In this document: positions 1 to 10,346 of the stretch, one piece after another | Layout of the letters: every line of letters begins with the position of its first letter | Position numbering within the stretch: the first letter of the stretch is position 1 | From: an uncultured Methanomicrobiales archaeon | GTDB taxonomy: Archaea; Halobacteriota; Methanomicrobia; Methanomicrobiales; Methanospirillaceae | Assembly (NCBI GenBank): GCA_963758915.1 | Contig: CAVWXH010000010.1 | Location: forward strand, 32,001 to 96,000 | Direction: 5' to 3' | Length of the DNA: 64,000 nt | Program-made: the position numbers and the translations under genes | Notes under the pieces: model-generated | Databases searched by the model: none | What the model was told of the DNA's origin: nothing | What the model saw: only the letters and a program-made list of their open reading frames with translations

Positions 1-500
1 CCGTCAAGGTTGACCATCACGGGAAGGAGGACATCATTATGTTCTGCAATCCGGAATGCCATCAGGGTCGTGTCGTAGGCCTCCTGCACCGTGCTGACAT
101 ACACCTGAAGCCATCCCGTATCGCGTTCCTGCATGGAATCGGTATGTTCTGCCCAGATGTTCCACCCTGGCCCGAGTGCACGGTTCACGTTTGCCATGAC
201 AATCGGGAGGCGTCCGCCAGCCGCCCAGTTCACCATCTCGTGCATATAGAGGAGACCGTGTGAACTGGTGGCCGTAAACGTCCGTGCACCGGTAATACTT
301 GCCCCGATACAGGCTGCCATCGCTGAATGCTCGCTCTCGACCGGGATATACTGGCTTTTCAGCTCACCATTCGTAACATATTCGGCGATCTGCTCGACAA
401 TTTCAGTCTGGGGGGTGATCGGATAGGCCGCAATCACTTCCGGCGAGACCTGCTTTACTGCAGCCGCCACTGCCTTGTTTCCGGTTGCAATCGTCAGCAT
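1..500 (-). CDS. 2-oxoacid:ferredoxin oxidoreductase alpha subunit (PorA/VorA-like), truncated by window edge
   Basis: Manual translation from ATG at 500: MLTIATGNKAVAAAVKQVSPEVIAAYPITPQTEIVE, with the YPITP motif of OFOR alpha subunits; overlaps the beta subunit stop. Confidence 0.9.
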   Translation of the reverse strand, partial: MLTIATGNKAVAAAVKQVSPEVIAAYPITPQTEIVEQIAEYVTNGELKSQYIPVESEHSAMAACIGASITGARTFTATSSHGLLYMHEMVNWAAGGRLPIVMANVNRALGPGWNIWAEHTDSMQERDTGWLQVYVSTVQEAYDTTLMAFRIAEHNDVLLPVMVNLD

Positions 501-1375
501 ACTCCCTCCTCCTCTTGTGACAGTCGTTTGGCATTCCTTCTTGCGAGTGAGACCAGGGAATCGACTGCTTCCTTACTGATTCCCTTAAACCGTCCCTGAG
601 GCCCGAGGTACTCCTCGACAGGCAGTGGTTTTATCATCGCGGCCTTGGATGGCCCGTTTATTGTGACCTTACCATACTCACGCTCAAAGAGTACCCACAT
701 ACCCGTCTTCACGGCGAGTTTTCCCATCTCGACCGTCTGCTCGGTCGGGTAGCGCCAGCCGGGAGGACACGGTGCGAGGACATGGATAAACTTGGGGCCA
801 CGGATTGTGAGGGCTTTTGTTACTTTTTTGAAGAGGTCGTGCGGGTATGCGCTGCAGGCGGTGGCCATGTACGGGGGGTCATGGGCTTGCACGATCCGAT
901 CGATATCCTTTTTCGTGTCCGGTTTTCCACCCGGTGTGGTAGTTGTCCGTGCACCGGTGGGTGTTGCACCAGACCTCTGCATCCCGGTATTCCCGTATGC
1001 CTCGTTATCGTAACAGATATAGAGAAAATCTGTCCTGCGTTCAAAGGCACCGGATAACGCCTGGATACCGATATCAACAGTACCCCCGTCACCTGCATAG
1101 ACAATTACATTGGTGGATCTCTTTGCGGCACGGAACGCGGCACTCATTCCGGAGGCACATGCCGCAGCGGCAGCAAATGCCACGTTATAGACCGGGACAT
1201 TCATCGCAGTATTGGGATAAATACCCTGGATCACACTGGTACAGCATGCCGGCATTACAAGGACCGTATCGGGACCTGCTGCCTTGAGGACATACCGGAG
1301 CACCAGTGAAGAGCTGCACCCGGCGCAGGCCGAGGTACACTTGAAAAGATACTCCTCTTTTGGGATTTCCGTCAT
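494..1375 (-). CDS. 2-oxoacid:ferredoxin oxidoreductase beta subunit (PorB-like, TPP-binding)
   Basis: CAGC motif, GDGG...NEAYGNTG TPP-binding motif, PCPPGW. Confidence 0.92.
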   Translation of the reverse strand: MTEIPKEEYLFKCTSACAGCSSSLVLRYVLKAAGPDTVLVMPACCTSVIQGIYPNTAMNVPVYNVAFAAAAACASGMSAAFRAAKRSTNVIVYAGDGGTVDIGIQALSGAFERRTDFLYICYDNEAYGNTGMQRSGATPTGARTTTTPGGKPDTKKDIDRIVQAHDPPYMATACSAYPHDLFKKVTKALTIRGPKFIHVLAPCPPGWRYPTEQTVEMGKLAVKTGMWVLFEREYGKVTINGPSKAAMIKPLPVEEYLGPQGRFKGISKEAVDSLVSLARRNAKRLSQEEEGVC

Positions 1376-1442
1376 TAGATTCAGTATAATAGTTGTTGAT
1401 TATCCGGTATTAACCTATTAGTAGGAGAAAAAAGGATGTCTT

Positions 1443-1864
1443 GGCTCCGTAGAAATCCTACGCGGAATAAAAAATTAACAGGACTGCTCAGACAGGAGTG
1501 GGTTTCACCCCCTCCCTGTCCGACCCCCGTTAAGATACTCCTGGGCAGGGTTCAACTGGGGCATTCAAAGAAAATTTCAGAGAGTTGGAGATCATTCCTT
1601 ATCCCAACCGGGGTCGCCAAAGCGGTGGGGGTGAGCCACGGGAGCGTGACTAAATTTTGGAATAACCTAATCTTCAAAATAGATTGAGAGGGTTTCCCAC
1701 GAAAACAGGCATGATGCCCAAAGGCCACACGCATACAAAATGAAATTGCCAGTGGGGTTTTTCATTGGAAATGCCTGAACGACCAGCAATATGAAGAGAT
1801 TTTGAACGGGGCATTTTCATAACCCTGGTGTGAACTTCCCGTTCATGTGTGTTTCAACAAAGCC
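1443..1864 (+). mobile_element. MITE-like dispersed repeat, copy 1 (most complete)
   Basis: Left end GGCTCCGTAGAAA and right end revcomp GGCTTTGTTGAAA (10/13); flanks GATGTCTT/GATATCTT (7/8); 1588-1625 identical to 51295-51332. Confidence 0.8.
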
Positions 1865-1878
1865 GATATCTTTGGAAC

Positions 1879-2412
1879 TCACGAATTGTATAATTCCACG
1901 GTATACCCTGCATCTTCAAGGACTGATTTAACTTTCATGTCCCACTGTCCGTCCTCTTCAATCCCGAGTAACCGTATACGGTCATTCCACAGCTTTTCGA
2001 GGTCGGGTTCCGTGGTTGAGAGGCTGCGCCTGCCTTTTATGGTCCCTGCAAGGTTATTTGCACCACGATATATCCGCATGCGGCAGCATTTGAACTCCCT
2101 GCATGATAATGGTCGGGTGTTGTATACGATACAGGAATATCCCTCTGGTGTCCTGACAAGGAAGTGGCACTGGTCATTTTCCTCCTGGTATCCCCCTTTT
2201 TCCCTGAATACTGGCAGGTAGGGGGACTCCACGCGGGCTATGAAAAGGTTTTTCGAGATTAAATCGCGGCAATGGAAGTCTCTGTCTCCAAGTTTGCGTT
2301 CAATCCGGATGTGCTTTCCCGATACCATGCAGCATTTTCCGCACCGGGTGCAGTCAAATTTCATCAGGTACCAATACACCTCATCAGGTATTGTATTCTT
2401 TCCCGGCAGCAT
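1879..2412 (-). CDS. YkgJ-family cysteine-cluster protein
   Basis: FDCTRCGKCC, CHFL, CIVYNTRPLSCREF. Confidence 0.85.
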   Translation of the reverse strand: MLPGKNTIPDEVYWYLMKFDCTRCGKCCMVSGKHIRIERKLGDRDFHCRDLISKNLFIARVESPYLPVFREKGGYQEENDQCHFLVRTPEGYSCIVYNTRPLSCREFKCCRMRIYRGANNLAGTIKGRRSLSTTEPDLEKLWNDRIRLLGIEEDGQWDMKVKSVLEDAGYTVELYNS

Positions 2413-2474
2413 GCTGCCAGGCCTCCCATAACCCCTGTCCGGTACAACTGCAGGGCCTTTTACGGTTACAGTGT

Positions 2475-3296
2475 TTAAGGTTCAGAAAATATGCGACATA
2501 TCGTTGCCATAACCCTGTGGTGGCCCTGCCACTCCCTAATAGTCCGCCCTCTTCTCCCTTCCTGCGGTAACAGTGTGAACGGCATGTCGTACGCCACATC
2601 CCAGAGCACGAGCCCCTCCGGTGGTGCAGGGTGGATTCCACAGGAATAATCCCCGTTCAGTCTCTCCTCAATGCCTGCCAACTCACAGGTCCCCGTGCCA
2701 ACATCCCGCAATGCCGTTGCAATACAGCGCACCATGTGCCACAAAAAACTTTCCGCGGTGATCTCAAGATACAGGACACCGTCCTCTTTTCCAATTGATG
2801 CTGCGAGGACCTTCCGGTTGGGGTTTTTGTTGTCCACCCTTGCAAAACCCGAAAAGTCATGGACTCCCGGGAAGAGTGCCGCGGCGATCTTCATCCGTTG
2901 AACATCAAGCTCCTGCTCGCGGAAGAAATAGCGGTACGTCCGGTATTTTGCATCATAGCGGGGGTGAAATCCGGGCCGGGTGATTGAATATCCCGTACAC
3001 CAGCAGTCCGGGGGGAGCTGGTAATTCAGGGCCGCAACAGCGCGGTCAGGTATACCGGTCAGGAATGAAAAGACCTGGCCCGTTGCATGAACTCCCCTGT
3101 CGGTACGCCCCGATGCAGCAAAACGGGCCTCCCGCCAGTCTGGGAAGAGCCCGAGTCGGATGCATGCCGCGATGAATTCCCCTTCTACGGTCCGGAAGCC
3201 GGGCTGCATCTGCGACCCGGTGAAGTGGTCCCCACAATAGGCGACACGGAATGCCAGTTTTACTTGTGATAAACCCGGCGTTTCAGCTTCTTCCAT
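2475..3296 (-). CDS. truA: tRNA pseudouridine(38-40) synthase
   Basis: SGRTDRGVHA catalytic motif, FLWHMVR, APPEGLVL; start uncertain. Confidence 0.95.
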   Translation of the reverse strand: MEEAETPGLSQVKLAFRVAYCGDHFTGSQMQPGFRTVEGEFIAACIRLGLFPDWREARFAASGRTDRGVHATGQVFSFLTGIPDRAVAALNYQLPPDCWCTGYSITRPGFHPRYDAKYRTYRYFFREQELDVQRMKIAAALFPGVHDFSGFARVDNKNPNRKVLAASIGKEDGVLYLEITAESFLWHMVRCIATALRDVGTGTCELAGIEERLNGDYSCGIHPAPPEGLVLWDVAYDMPFTLLPQEGRRGRTIREWQGHHRVMATICRIFSEP

Positions 3297-3928
3297 GTGT
3301 TTCTCAGCGACTGGCGGGTATAGGTGCGGAGGGGGGTCATCCTTCCCGTGGCAACCGAGTCCCCGTTCCGGATTGCTTCGAGAATTGAGGTGATGCCGGG
3401 CTCTGCGTTGACAAGGGTCTTTCCATAACCCACGTACCGGGCATTGTGTGCATCACTTCCACCTACGCAGGGTTTCCCCAGTTTTTTTGCAAACTTCGCG
3501 GCCTTCCGGTTGGCAGCCCCCATAATATACCTGCTGTTGAAGACCTCTATGGCATCGACCGAGCTGAGGGCACTCCTGAAATGAAGTGCTACACCGTGCC
3601 GCAACATGTGAAACGGGTGAGGAAGAATGAGAAGTGCCCCCTGTTCATGTGCAATGGCGATCGTTTCAAGGACATCCAGCCCTTTTGGAAATTCTGTCAA
3701 TGTCCCGAGGGCGATGAGGTGGCCCTGTTTTGTTGAGATCTCGATCCCCGGAATAATGATGACCTTAGTGGGGATTGTAAGGGCCGCCCTTGCCCCCTCG
3801 ATGGTATCATGATCGGTGATTGCAATGGCATCAAGCCCGATTAATTCAGCACGACGTATGATATCTTCTATCCTACTTTCCCCATCCCGGGAATAGTTCG
3901 TATGAATATGGAGATCGCAGGTGAGCAT
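3260..3928 (-). CDS. PHP-domain phosphoesterase
   Basis: DLHIHT, ITDHD, HPF, GGSDAH. Confidence 0.9.
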   Translation of the reverse strand: MLTCDLHIHTNYSRDGESRIEDIIRRAELIGLDAIAITDHDTIEGARAALTIPTKVIIIPGIEISTKQGHLIALGTLTEFPKGLDVLETIAIAHEQGALLILPHPFHMLRHGVALHFRSALSSVDAIEVFNSRYIMGAANRKAAKFAKKLGKPCVGGSDAHNARYVGYGKTLVNAEPGITSILEAIRNGDSVATGRMTPLRTYTRQSLRNTWKKLKRRVYHK

Positions 3929-3971
3929 ATAACCATATCAATTTTTAATCTCCCTGATATTAAGGGAACTT

Positions 3972-5387
3972 ATGCGTATACTCCTCCCGACAGGTACAGC
4001 AACGTATGAGGCGGTACGAAAAGCAGCAGCCGGTCATGACGCTGAAGTGGTGGTGACCGGGGAAATTGCGTCGTTTTTAACCCCCGAAACACTCCGTCGC
4101 CTGATACAACAAGGCGACTATGATATCGTAATCGTCTCCGGCATGGTCACTGCCTCGTTCCAGCTGGTGGAGGAGGAGACCGGGATCCCGGTGTATCTCG
4201 GGCCCCGGCATGCCGCGGACCTTGGGAAGGTACTCTCCTCGCTGGATACCATGCCGCTTTCCAGGTCGGTCCCGGCAGATGAATTCCTAGCAGCCGTGAA
4301 GCGCGAAGAAGCCTGCCGGAAACTCGATGAGCTTGAACGGGGTGCTTCGTATGACTACCTTATCAGGGGGGTGCGGATCGGGGGGGCCTCAAGAATCAAA
4401 GTCCTTGCCGAAATCATGGATGCCCACCGGCATGAATACCTGGAAACTGTAGTCAGGGACGCATTCCGGTCGGGAGCTGACATCGTAGACCTGGGTTTCG
4501 GGTTTGATGCCACTCCCGCTGACGTTACCCGTTGTTTTGTCCAGGTAGCCGAAGTTCCCGGTCCCCTCGCAATTGATACGCAGGACCCGGCTCTGATTGC
4601 AGCCGGTCTTTTCCGGGCCGATCTTGTGCTCAGCCTTCATGATGGCAATATACCCGTTATCGGAAAAGCAGTTGCAGATGCAGGTGCTGCTGCAGTGGTT
4701 GTACCGTGCATGAAAACCCTTGAGGAGAACCTCTGTCTTGCAGAGGAGACCGGGATCTCCTGTATCATTGCCGACCCGCTGCTCCAGCCGGTGGGGTCCG
4801 GACTTGTCAGGTCTCTCACCACCTTTCCCGAACATTACCGCTACCCTCTCTTTTTCGGGGCTGGAAACGTGGTGGAATTACTGGATGCAGACAGCCCCGG
4901 TACGAATGCGCTCCTCGCCGGAATGGCAAAAGAGACCAGTGCATCAATAATTTTTGCGAGTGAACACAGCGACAAGACAAGAGGCTCATTCCGTGAGATG
5001 CGGACTGCTACAGAAATGATGGCCCTCGCTGCAGACCGGCCCTACCCGAAGGACCTTGGAATCGATCTCCTTATTCTGAAGGAAAAACGGAGGAGAAGGG
5101 AGCCCCCGCTGTCCTATCAATCATTGGACTGTACCATACAGGCAGAGGGGGAACTGCACTATGATCCGAAAGGTAACTTCAGGATTGGAGTTGAAGATGA
5201 CCAGATCGTCGCGGTGATCAATGGCCGGGCAGTAAAAGGACGTTCCTGGATTGACGTATTTCACAAAATTTCAAACAATGGCGATGTGTCACTGCTCGAC
5301 CATGCTGCGTACCTTGGGAAAGAACTCTACAAGGCAGAACTTGCTATCCGTTTCGGCCGGAGTTTTGAACAGGACGGGGATTTTTGA
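3972..5387 (+). CDS. dihydropteroate synthase-like protein with C-terminal DUF4346-type domain
   Basis: GADIVDLG, AIDT, DADSPG, HAAYLGKELYKA. Confidence 0.85.
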   Translation: MRILLPTGTATYEAVRKAAAGHDAEVVVTGEIASFLTPETLRRLIQQGDYDIVIVSGMVTASFQLVEEETGIPVYLGPRHAADLGKVLSSLDTMPLSRSVPADEFLAAVKREEACRKLDELERGASYDYLIRGVRIGGASRIKVLAEIMDAHRHEYLETVVRDAFRSGADIVDLGFGFDATPADVTRCFVQVAEVPGPLAIDTQDPALIAAGLFRADLVLSLHDGNIPVIGKAVADAGAAAVVVPCMKTLEENLCLAEETGISCIIADPLLQPVGSGLVRSLTTFPEHYRYPLFFGAGNVVELLDADSPGTNALLAGMAKETSASIIFASEHSDKTRGSFREMRTATEMMALAADRPYPKDLGIDLLILKEKRRRREPPLSYQSLDCTIQAEGELHYDPKGNFRIGVEDDQIVAVINGRAVKGRSWIDVFHKISNNGDVSLLDHAAYLGKELYKAELAIRFGRSFEQDGDF

Positions 5388-5500
5388 CGCCGCAACTACA
5401 GTAAAAACTGTTACCGCGGTGAACGGTATGCGAAAAAAGTCTGATGTGGCCCCTGTTAGCCCCGTAACCTTTTTAGAACGCGTGCTCCTTTACTATACGT

Positions 5501-5782
5501 ATGGTGCGACAGGTGCATGCAGCACATATCCTGGTCAGGACAGAAGACCAGGCCCGGGACCTGCAAAAAAGACTGAACAACGGTGAGAGCTTTGACGAGC
5601 TGGCAAAAAAGTTTTCCACATGCCCTTCAGGGAAAAAATGCGGTGACCTTGGCTGGTTCGGGAAGGACATGATGGTCCCAGAATTTGAGAAAGCTGCGTT
5701 TGGAGGGAAAGCAGGTGACATCGTCGGTCCCGTTAAAACCCAGTTCGGGTATCATATGATAAAGATCCTCGGCCAGAAATAG
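5501..5782 (+). CDS. parvulin-type peptidyl-prolyl isomerase
   Basis: AAHILV, CPSG, GDLGWF, MVPEFE, KTQFGYH. Confidence 0.93.
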   Translation: MVRQVHAAHILVRTEDQARDLQKRLNNGESFDELAKKFSTCPSGKKCGDLGWFGKDMMVPEFEKAAFGGKAGDIVGPVKTQFGYHMIKILGQK

Positions 5783-5854
5783 GCCTGGGATAAATATAAT
5801 CCCGTGAAATCTGAATATTTTTAACCCGAATCTAAAAAAGGACCTGATACCACA

Positions 5855-6226
5855 ATGAATATCCGGGGAGTAAGTCTTGAACTGCTGGACCTGATGTGCC
5901 AGATCGCTATAGAGAGCCATCCCAACGAATTCGTGGCAGTACTGCTTGAGAAAGATGGTATCATAGCCGAGCTGAATTTCCTTCCTGGCACGACGAGTGG
6001 TGAGAGCCATGCGAACCTTCACTATGACATGATGCCACTCGACCCGCACGTGGCCGGCAGCGCTCACAGCCACCCAAACGGGGCCCTCCAGCCTTCTGAT
6101 GCTGACCTGAGGTTTTTTCCGAGCATCGGGCGGTACCATTTCATAATTGGATCACCCTATACCCGGTCTGACTGGCGGTGCTACCATGCGGATGGTACTG
6201 CCACTCCCATGGAGGTTATCCCGTGA
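5855..6226 (+). CDS. JAB1/MPN/Mov34 metalloprotease
   Basis: PNEF and HSHP-x-PSDAD JAMM motif. Confidence 0.9.
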   Translation: MNIRGVSLELLDLMCQIAIESHPNEFVAVLLEKDGIIAELNFLPGTTSGESHANLHYDMMPLDPHVAGSAHSHPNGALQPSDADLRFFPSIGRYHFIIGSPYTRSDWRCYHADGTATPMEVIP

Positions 6227-6657
6227 CCCGCGTCGTGGCAACCGGGACGTTCGACCTGTTACACCCTGGCCACATTTACTATCTCGAGGAATCAGGAAAA
6301 CTCGGGGATGAGCTCTTTGTCATCGTGGCCCGGGACGCAAATGTAAAGCATAAACCGAGGCCGGTCATCCCGGAAGAGCAGCGGAGGAGCATGGTCGCTG
6401 CCCTTCGTGCGGTTGACCATGCAGTCCTTGGTGATCCTGCCGATATGTTCCGGCCGATAAGGGAGATAAGGCCGGACGTGATAACGATAGGGTTCAACCA
6501 GCACTTTGATACGGAAGTACTGGTCCGCCAGCTTGCGGAACAATCTCTCGGTGCCCGTGTGGTCAGGATAAACAGGTGCCCGGATAGTGCTCTCTGCAGC
6601 TCCCGCCTGATTGTAAAAGAAATACTCGGGCGATCCGGCTGTGACCCTGATGCATAA
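6223..6657 (+). CDS. ribL: archaeal FAD synthetase (cytidylyltransferase family)
   Basis: ATGTFDLLHPGH; GTG start overlaps upstream TGA (GTGA). Confidence 0.85.
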   Translation: MTRVVATGTFDLLHPGHIYYLEESGKLGDELFVIVARDANVKHKPRPVIPEEQRRSMVAALRAVDHAVLGDPADMFRPIREIRPDVITIGFNQHFDTEVLVRQLAEQSLGARVVRINRCPDSALCSSRLIVKEILGRSGCDPDA

Positions 6658-6734
6658 CCTCTTTTAGTACAAAGCCTGTTTTCAAACATTCCCTGCCACT
6701 GGGGTCCCATAGAAGCGGGAAATCCTTTTTTCCT

Positions 6735-9053
6735 TTATTCGCTCTTCCCAGACTTGCCATAAACCCCGCATGCAGGCGGACATCGTGTCTCCAAGGAAAC
6801 GGACTCTCGTAATGATTCAAGCAGGAGGACCGTTGCCTGCTTGTCAAGCGGCTGGTTATCATTGCCACATTTGGGGGAATAGATACAGGAAGGGCATCCC
6901 GTTTCACACCTGCAGTCCCTGACCAGGTCGGTTGTCATCCCGACGATCTCTTCAAATTTGGAAAATGCATTTTCTGCAAGACCTATACCCCCTGGAAAAC
7001 CATCGTATATGATCACCGTTGGTTCACCAGACCCCGGAAATGCAGGGGAAGAGAACCCCCCGATATCCCTGCGGTCACACATTACATGAAATGGCATTAC
7101 TGCAATGAGTGCATGTTCGGCTCCATGGAGCCCGCCCCCAAAATCCAGCATGCGCCCCTCTATATCTGTAGATACCCTTGGAGACGCGACAAACCACAGT
7201 GCCCGTGTATTAAACGTGACAGGTGGCAGGGAAAGAGGCTCGACGCTGATGATCGTGTCATAGAGCATGACCCGGTAGGAAGAACAGTGCTCGGTGACGG
7301 TCACCTCACCAAAGGAGAGCCTGCTGTCCCCAACCATCCGGTTTCTCTCCTCCCGGACGATCCCTACCTCAACCGACCGGAGTGGTTTCGTATAATAGTC
7401 AACATCGGTGCGTTCAACCCTGATGACATGGCGGTCAGAATCCATCGAAAGGACCAAAAATTTTTCACCCTGGTGATAGAGGATGGCCCCTTCATGGGCC
7501 TCCCGGAATGCCTGGGACTGGTCCATCGTCTCGAGGGTCTCCCCGTTGCACATGACCTTGAACGTGATGGTGGAGAGTGCTGACAGACTGGCCAGTTCAA
7601 CCGGTCTCCGGGTCCCCGAGTAGATATAACCTCTCCGTGTCTTGCTGAGAAGGTGCTCCCCGGCAAGAGAAGAAAGGACCTGCTCCAGGTCTTTTCCAAA
7701 AAACCGGTCATCATTGCCCGTTGTTACCGGTAGTTCGGCGGCTGCACAGAGTACCTGGCCGGAGAGGATGTAAGGATTGTCCAGGTCTATTATCGCATGC
7801 TCGTGTCGGGACTGGAAAAATTGATCCGGGTGGTGCATAAAATACTGGTCGAGCGGGTCTGCATGTGCGATCAGGATAGCGAGTGAATCCGCAGTGGTCC
7901 TCCCTGCCCTGCCTGCCTGTTGCCAGGTCGACATGATAGTGCCGGGAAACCCTGTCATAATGACACCGTCGAGGCAGCCGACATCGATGCCAACCTCGAG
8001 GGCGTTGGTCGAGACAATACCCCTCAAAAGACCACGTTTCATCCGGTCTTCAATCTCTCTCCGCTCCTCCGGGAGGTAACCTGCCCGGTACGCGGAGACA
8101 AGGGCCGGGTCTGCGTTGTCCTTGCGGATAAGGTCATCACGAACCTGCAGGGTGATGAGTTCGGTAAGCTTTCGTGAACCCGTAAAACAGAGCATCCGGA
8201 GGTCGTGGTTCATGCACATCCTGAGTAATTTCCCGCTTTCACACAATGTTGATCCTGACATATCGCCATCCGGGAAGGGATTATAAGTGACAAAGTTTTT
8301 TGTCCCCCCCGGGGAGCCGTCAGAAGAGATGCAGTTAATTCGTTTTCCGGTAAGGCGACTTGCAAATTCCTGCGGGTTTGCGATTGTTGCCGATGAGAGG
8401 ACAATCAGGGGGTCCTTCCCGTGGTGTGCGCAAATCCTCCGGAGGCGGCGGATGACAAATGCCATGTTTGAGCCGAACACACCGCGGTACTGGTGGGCCT
8501 CATCGATTACTACAATGGCAAGGTTTTTTAAAAAAACTGACCACTGGTGGTGCCAGGGAAGGATTGTATGGAGCTCGTAGGGATTGGAGATAATAATACG
8601 GGACCCGGATCGTATCAGCGGTCGTCGCCCGGCCGGAGTGTCCCCGTCATATATTGCGGAATTTAAAGAAATTCCCGTGTTTTGCTCAATATCCAGCAAT
8701 GTCTTCAACTGGTCGTGGCTGAGTGCCTTGGTTGGGTACAGGTAAAGGGCCGTGGCTGCCGGTTCATTGAAAAGGCGTTCAATAATGGGAAGAGTGAAGG
8801 CAAGTGTCTTCCCGGAAGCCGTGGCAGTGGTAAGGATAAGGTCCTTCCCGTTACGAATGGACTCGATCGCATCGCACTGGTGGGTGTAAAGAGACAACCC
8901 GCGCTCGCAAAGGAATGTCTCCAGTGGCTGGGGCAGGGGTTTCATTAATGTACCATATATCGCATCCCTGGCCGGGATAGTCTCGATATGTGCCGTATGT
9001 TCACGGTATTCCGGGTCGTTTTGTAACTTGGTGATAACCTCTCCCATGGTCAT
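6735..9053 (-). CDS. DEAD/DEAH helicase with DUF1998 (Hrq1/YprA/MrfA family)
   Basis: TASGKT, DEAH, SAT, QQAGRAGR, C-terminal CRCETGCPSC. Confidence 0.92.
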   Translation of the reverse strand: MTMGEVITKLQNDPEYREHTAHIETIPARDAIYGTLMKPLPQPLETFLCERGLSLYTHQCDAIESIRNGKDLILTTATASGKTLAFTLPIIERLFNEPAATALYLYPTKALSHDQLKTLLDIEQNTGISLNSAIYDGDTPAGRRPLIRSGSRIIISNPYELHTILPWHHQWSVFLKNLAIVVIDEAHQYRGVFGSNMAFVIRRLRRICAHHGKDPLIVLSSATIANPQEFASRLTGKRINCISSDGSPGGTKNFVTYNPFPDGDMSGSTLCESGKLLRMCMNHDLRMLCFTGSRKLTELITLQVRDDLIRKDNADPALVSAYRAGYLPEERREIEDRMKRGLLRGIVSTNALEVGIDVGCLDGVIMTGFPGTIMSTWQQAGRAGRTTADSLAILIAHADPLDQYFMHHPDQFFQSRHEHAIIDLDNPYILSGQVLCAAAELPVTTGNDDRFFGKDLEQVLSSLAGEHLLSKTRRGYIYSGTRRPVELASLSALSTITFKVMCNGETLETMDQSQAFREAHEGAILYHQGEKFLVLSMDSDRHVIRVERTDVDYYTKPLRSVEVGIVREERNRMVGDSRLSFGEVTVTEHCSSYRVMLYDTIISVEPLSLPPVTFNTRALWFVASPRVSTDIEGRMLDFGGGLHGAEHALIAVMPFHVMCDRRDIGGFSSPAFPGSGEPTVIIYDGFPGGIGLAENAFSKFEEIVGMTTDLVRDCRCETGCPSCIYSPKCGNDNQPLDKQATVLLLESLRESVSLETRCPPACGVYGKSGKSE

Positions 9054-10122
9054 GCCGGGCCCTCCAAAAAGTGAAACAGCAATTTTGCGAGACTGGTGAC
9101 GTCTTCAAGGTTATGTTGTACAATTGGCACAAGAGGGCCCGGGTTTCCCGATTGAAGGTATGTCTCGTAGAATTCAGGTACCATACTTCCCGGGAGGTCA
9201 TGTGATCTAGAGGATCCAAGGAGATGCTGTTCAATGGTACTGAGCCTGCAGTCATGTAAAAGGTGTCCTGCATTACGCCTGGATGCATGGAGCAGGTCGA
9301 CATGATGGCGTGGTCTTTCCATCGTACCTCCATAGAATGCGGACCTTGAGATAAGGTAGGGGATATCAAACGTTTTCCCGTTATATGAAACAACGACCGG
9401 TTTTTCCTGCAAGCGCTGCAGGATCAGGTCAAGAGCAGGTAATTCCTCCGCCATGTCCCTGACAAGGAACTGGCGTACAACAACATGCTGGTCCTCGATA
9501 GTTGCAAACCCGAAAAGGATGACCGGCCTTCCGAAAAACCCCATGGTTTCAAGGTCGAGGAAGAGATAGGAATCATGCCCGTAGAGTCCCGATGCGAGGA
9601 TTGCCAACGGATGTGACGAAGAATGCCGCCGTTCAATAAGCGATACAACCTCGTCAGGGTTGCCGTTAAGTACCCTGCTGACACAATCTTTCGCCCCGTC
9701 GCGGAAACGCCGGTGTGAGACAAGGTCTTCTACCGTCCTGTGACCTTTTCTTCGCAACACCCCTGCAATTACCGGGCCGATACCCCGGACGAGCGTAAGG
9801 TCTTCAAGAATCCTCCTTCTTACCTGGTCGGAGTCCGGGTGGGGCAACCGGATACCGGTGGGTGTGGTGATCTCGAAGCATTCCCCCTCCGGGGTGAATA
9901 TGGTCCTGCCATTAAATACATCCTCGACAGCCATCCCTGCATGTCTGTCCAGAATTTTTTTTTTAGATCACGTGCCTTTCTGAACTCAGATTCAAAAACA
10001 GAAGACCCGGAAAAACCAGCCCTGAATACCGAATCGTTTCTCACCACCTGGAAATCATGCGACGTATCATTCTTTGATCGCCATTGCCTGCTGACCGCTT
10101 CATAGGACGATTTGGAGATCAT
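9050..10122 (-). CDS. RNase H-like exonuclease (YprB/MrfB family), frameshift at A10 tract 9955-9964
   Basis: FLDLET, SYNGKTFD, HVDLL, HNLEDV; upstream ORF 9820-10122 joins the main ORF at the homopolymer. Confidence 0.8.
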
Positions 10123-10346
10123 GCTGATCGAACATATACCTCCCCCTTTTCAAAGGTATGCCGCGGGGGGTGAAAGTGAAAGATACCTGAGTATAGGCAA
10201 ATTTTCATTGTGGTTTTACAATCCATCTGAAAATCCGGGGTTACGGTGTAGCAGGCAGGAGCATTCGGGAACCATGATCACATTTCCCAACAAAGCATCC
10301 GGGGAAAACAGCATTAAAGGAAGTGGACCAAGAGTATTTTGCAGTA

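Noticed and set aside
1436-1734. ORFs inside the repeat (also 18033-18329, 22314-22547, 51283-51531) with shared peptides such as GRVQLGH
   Set aside because: Frames, starts and lengths are not kept between copies; the similarity comes from the DNA repeat; no transposase motif
6661-6690. TACAAAGCC resembling the repeat end
   Set aside because: Too short, with no adjacent homology to the element
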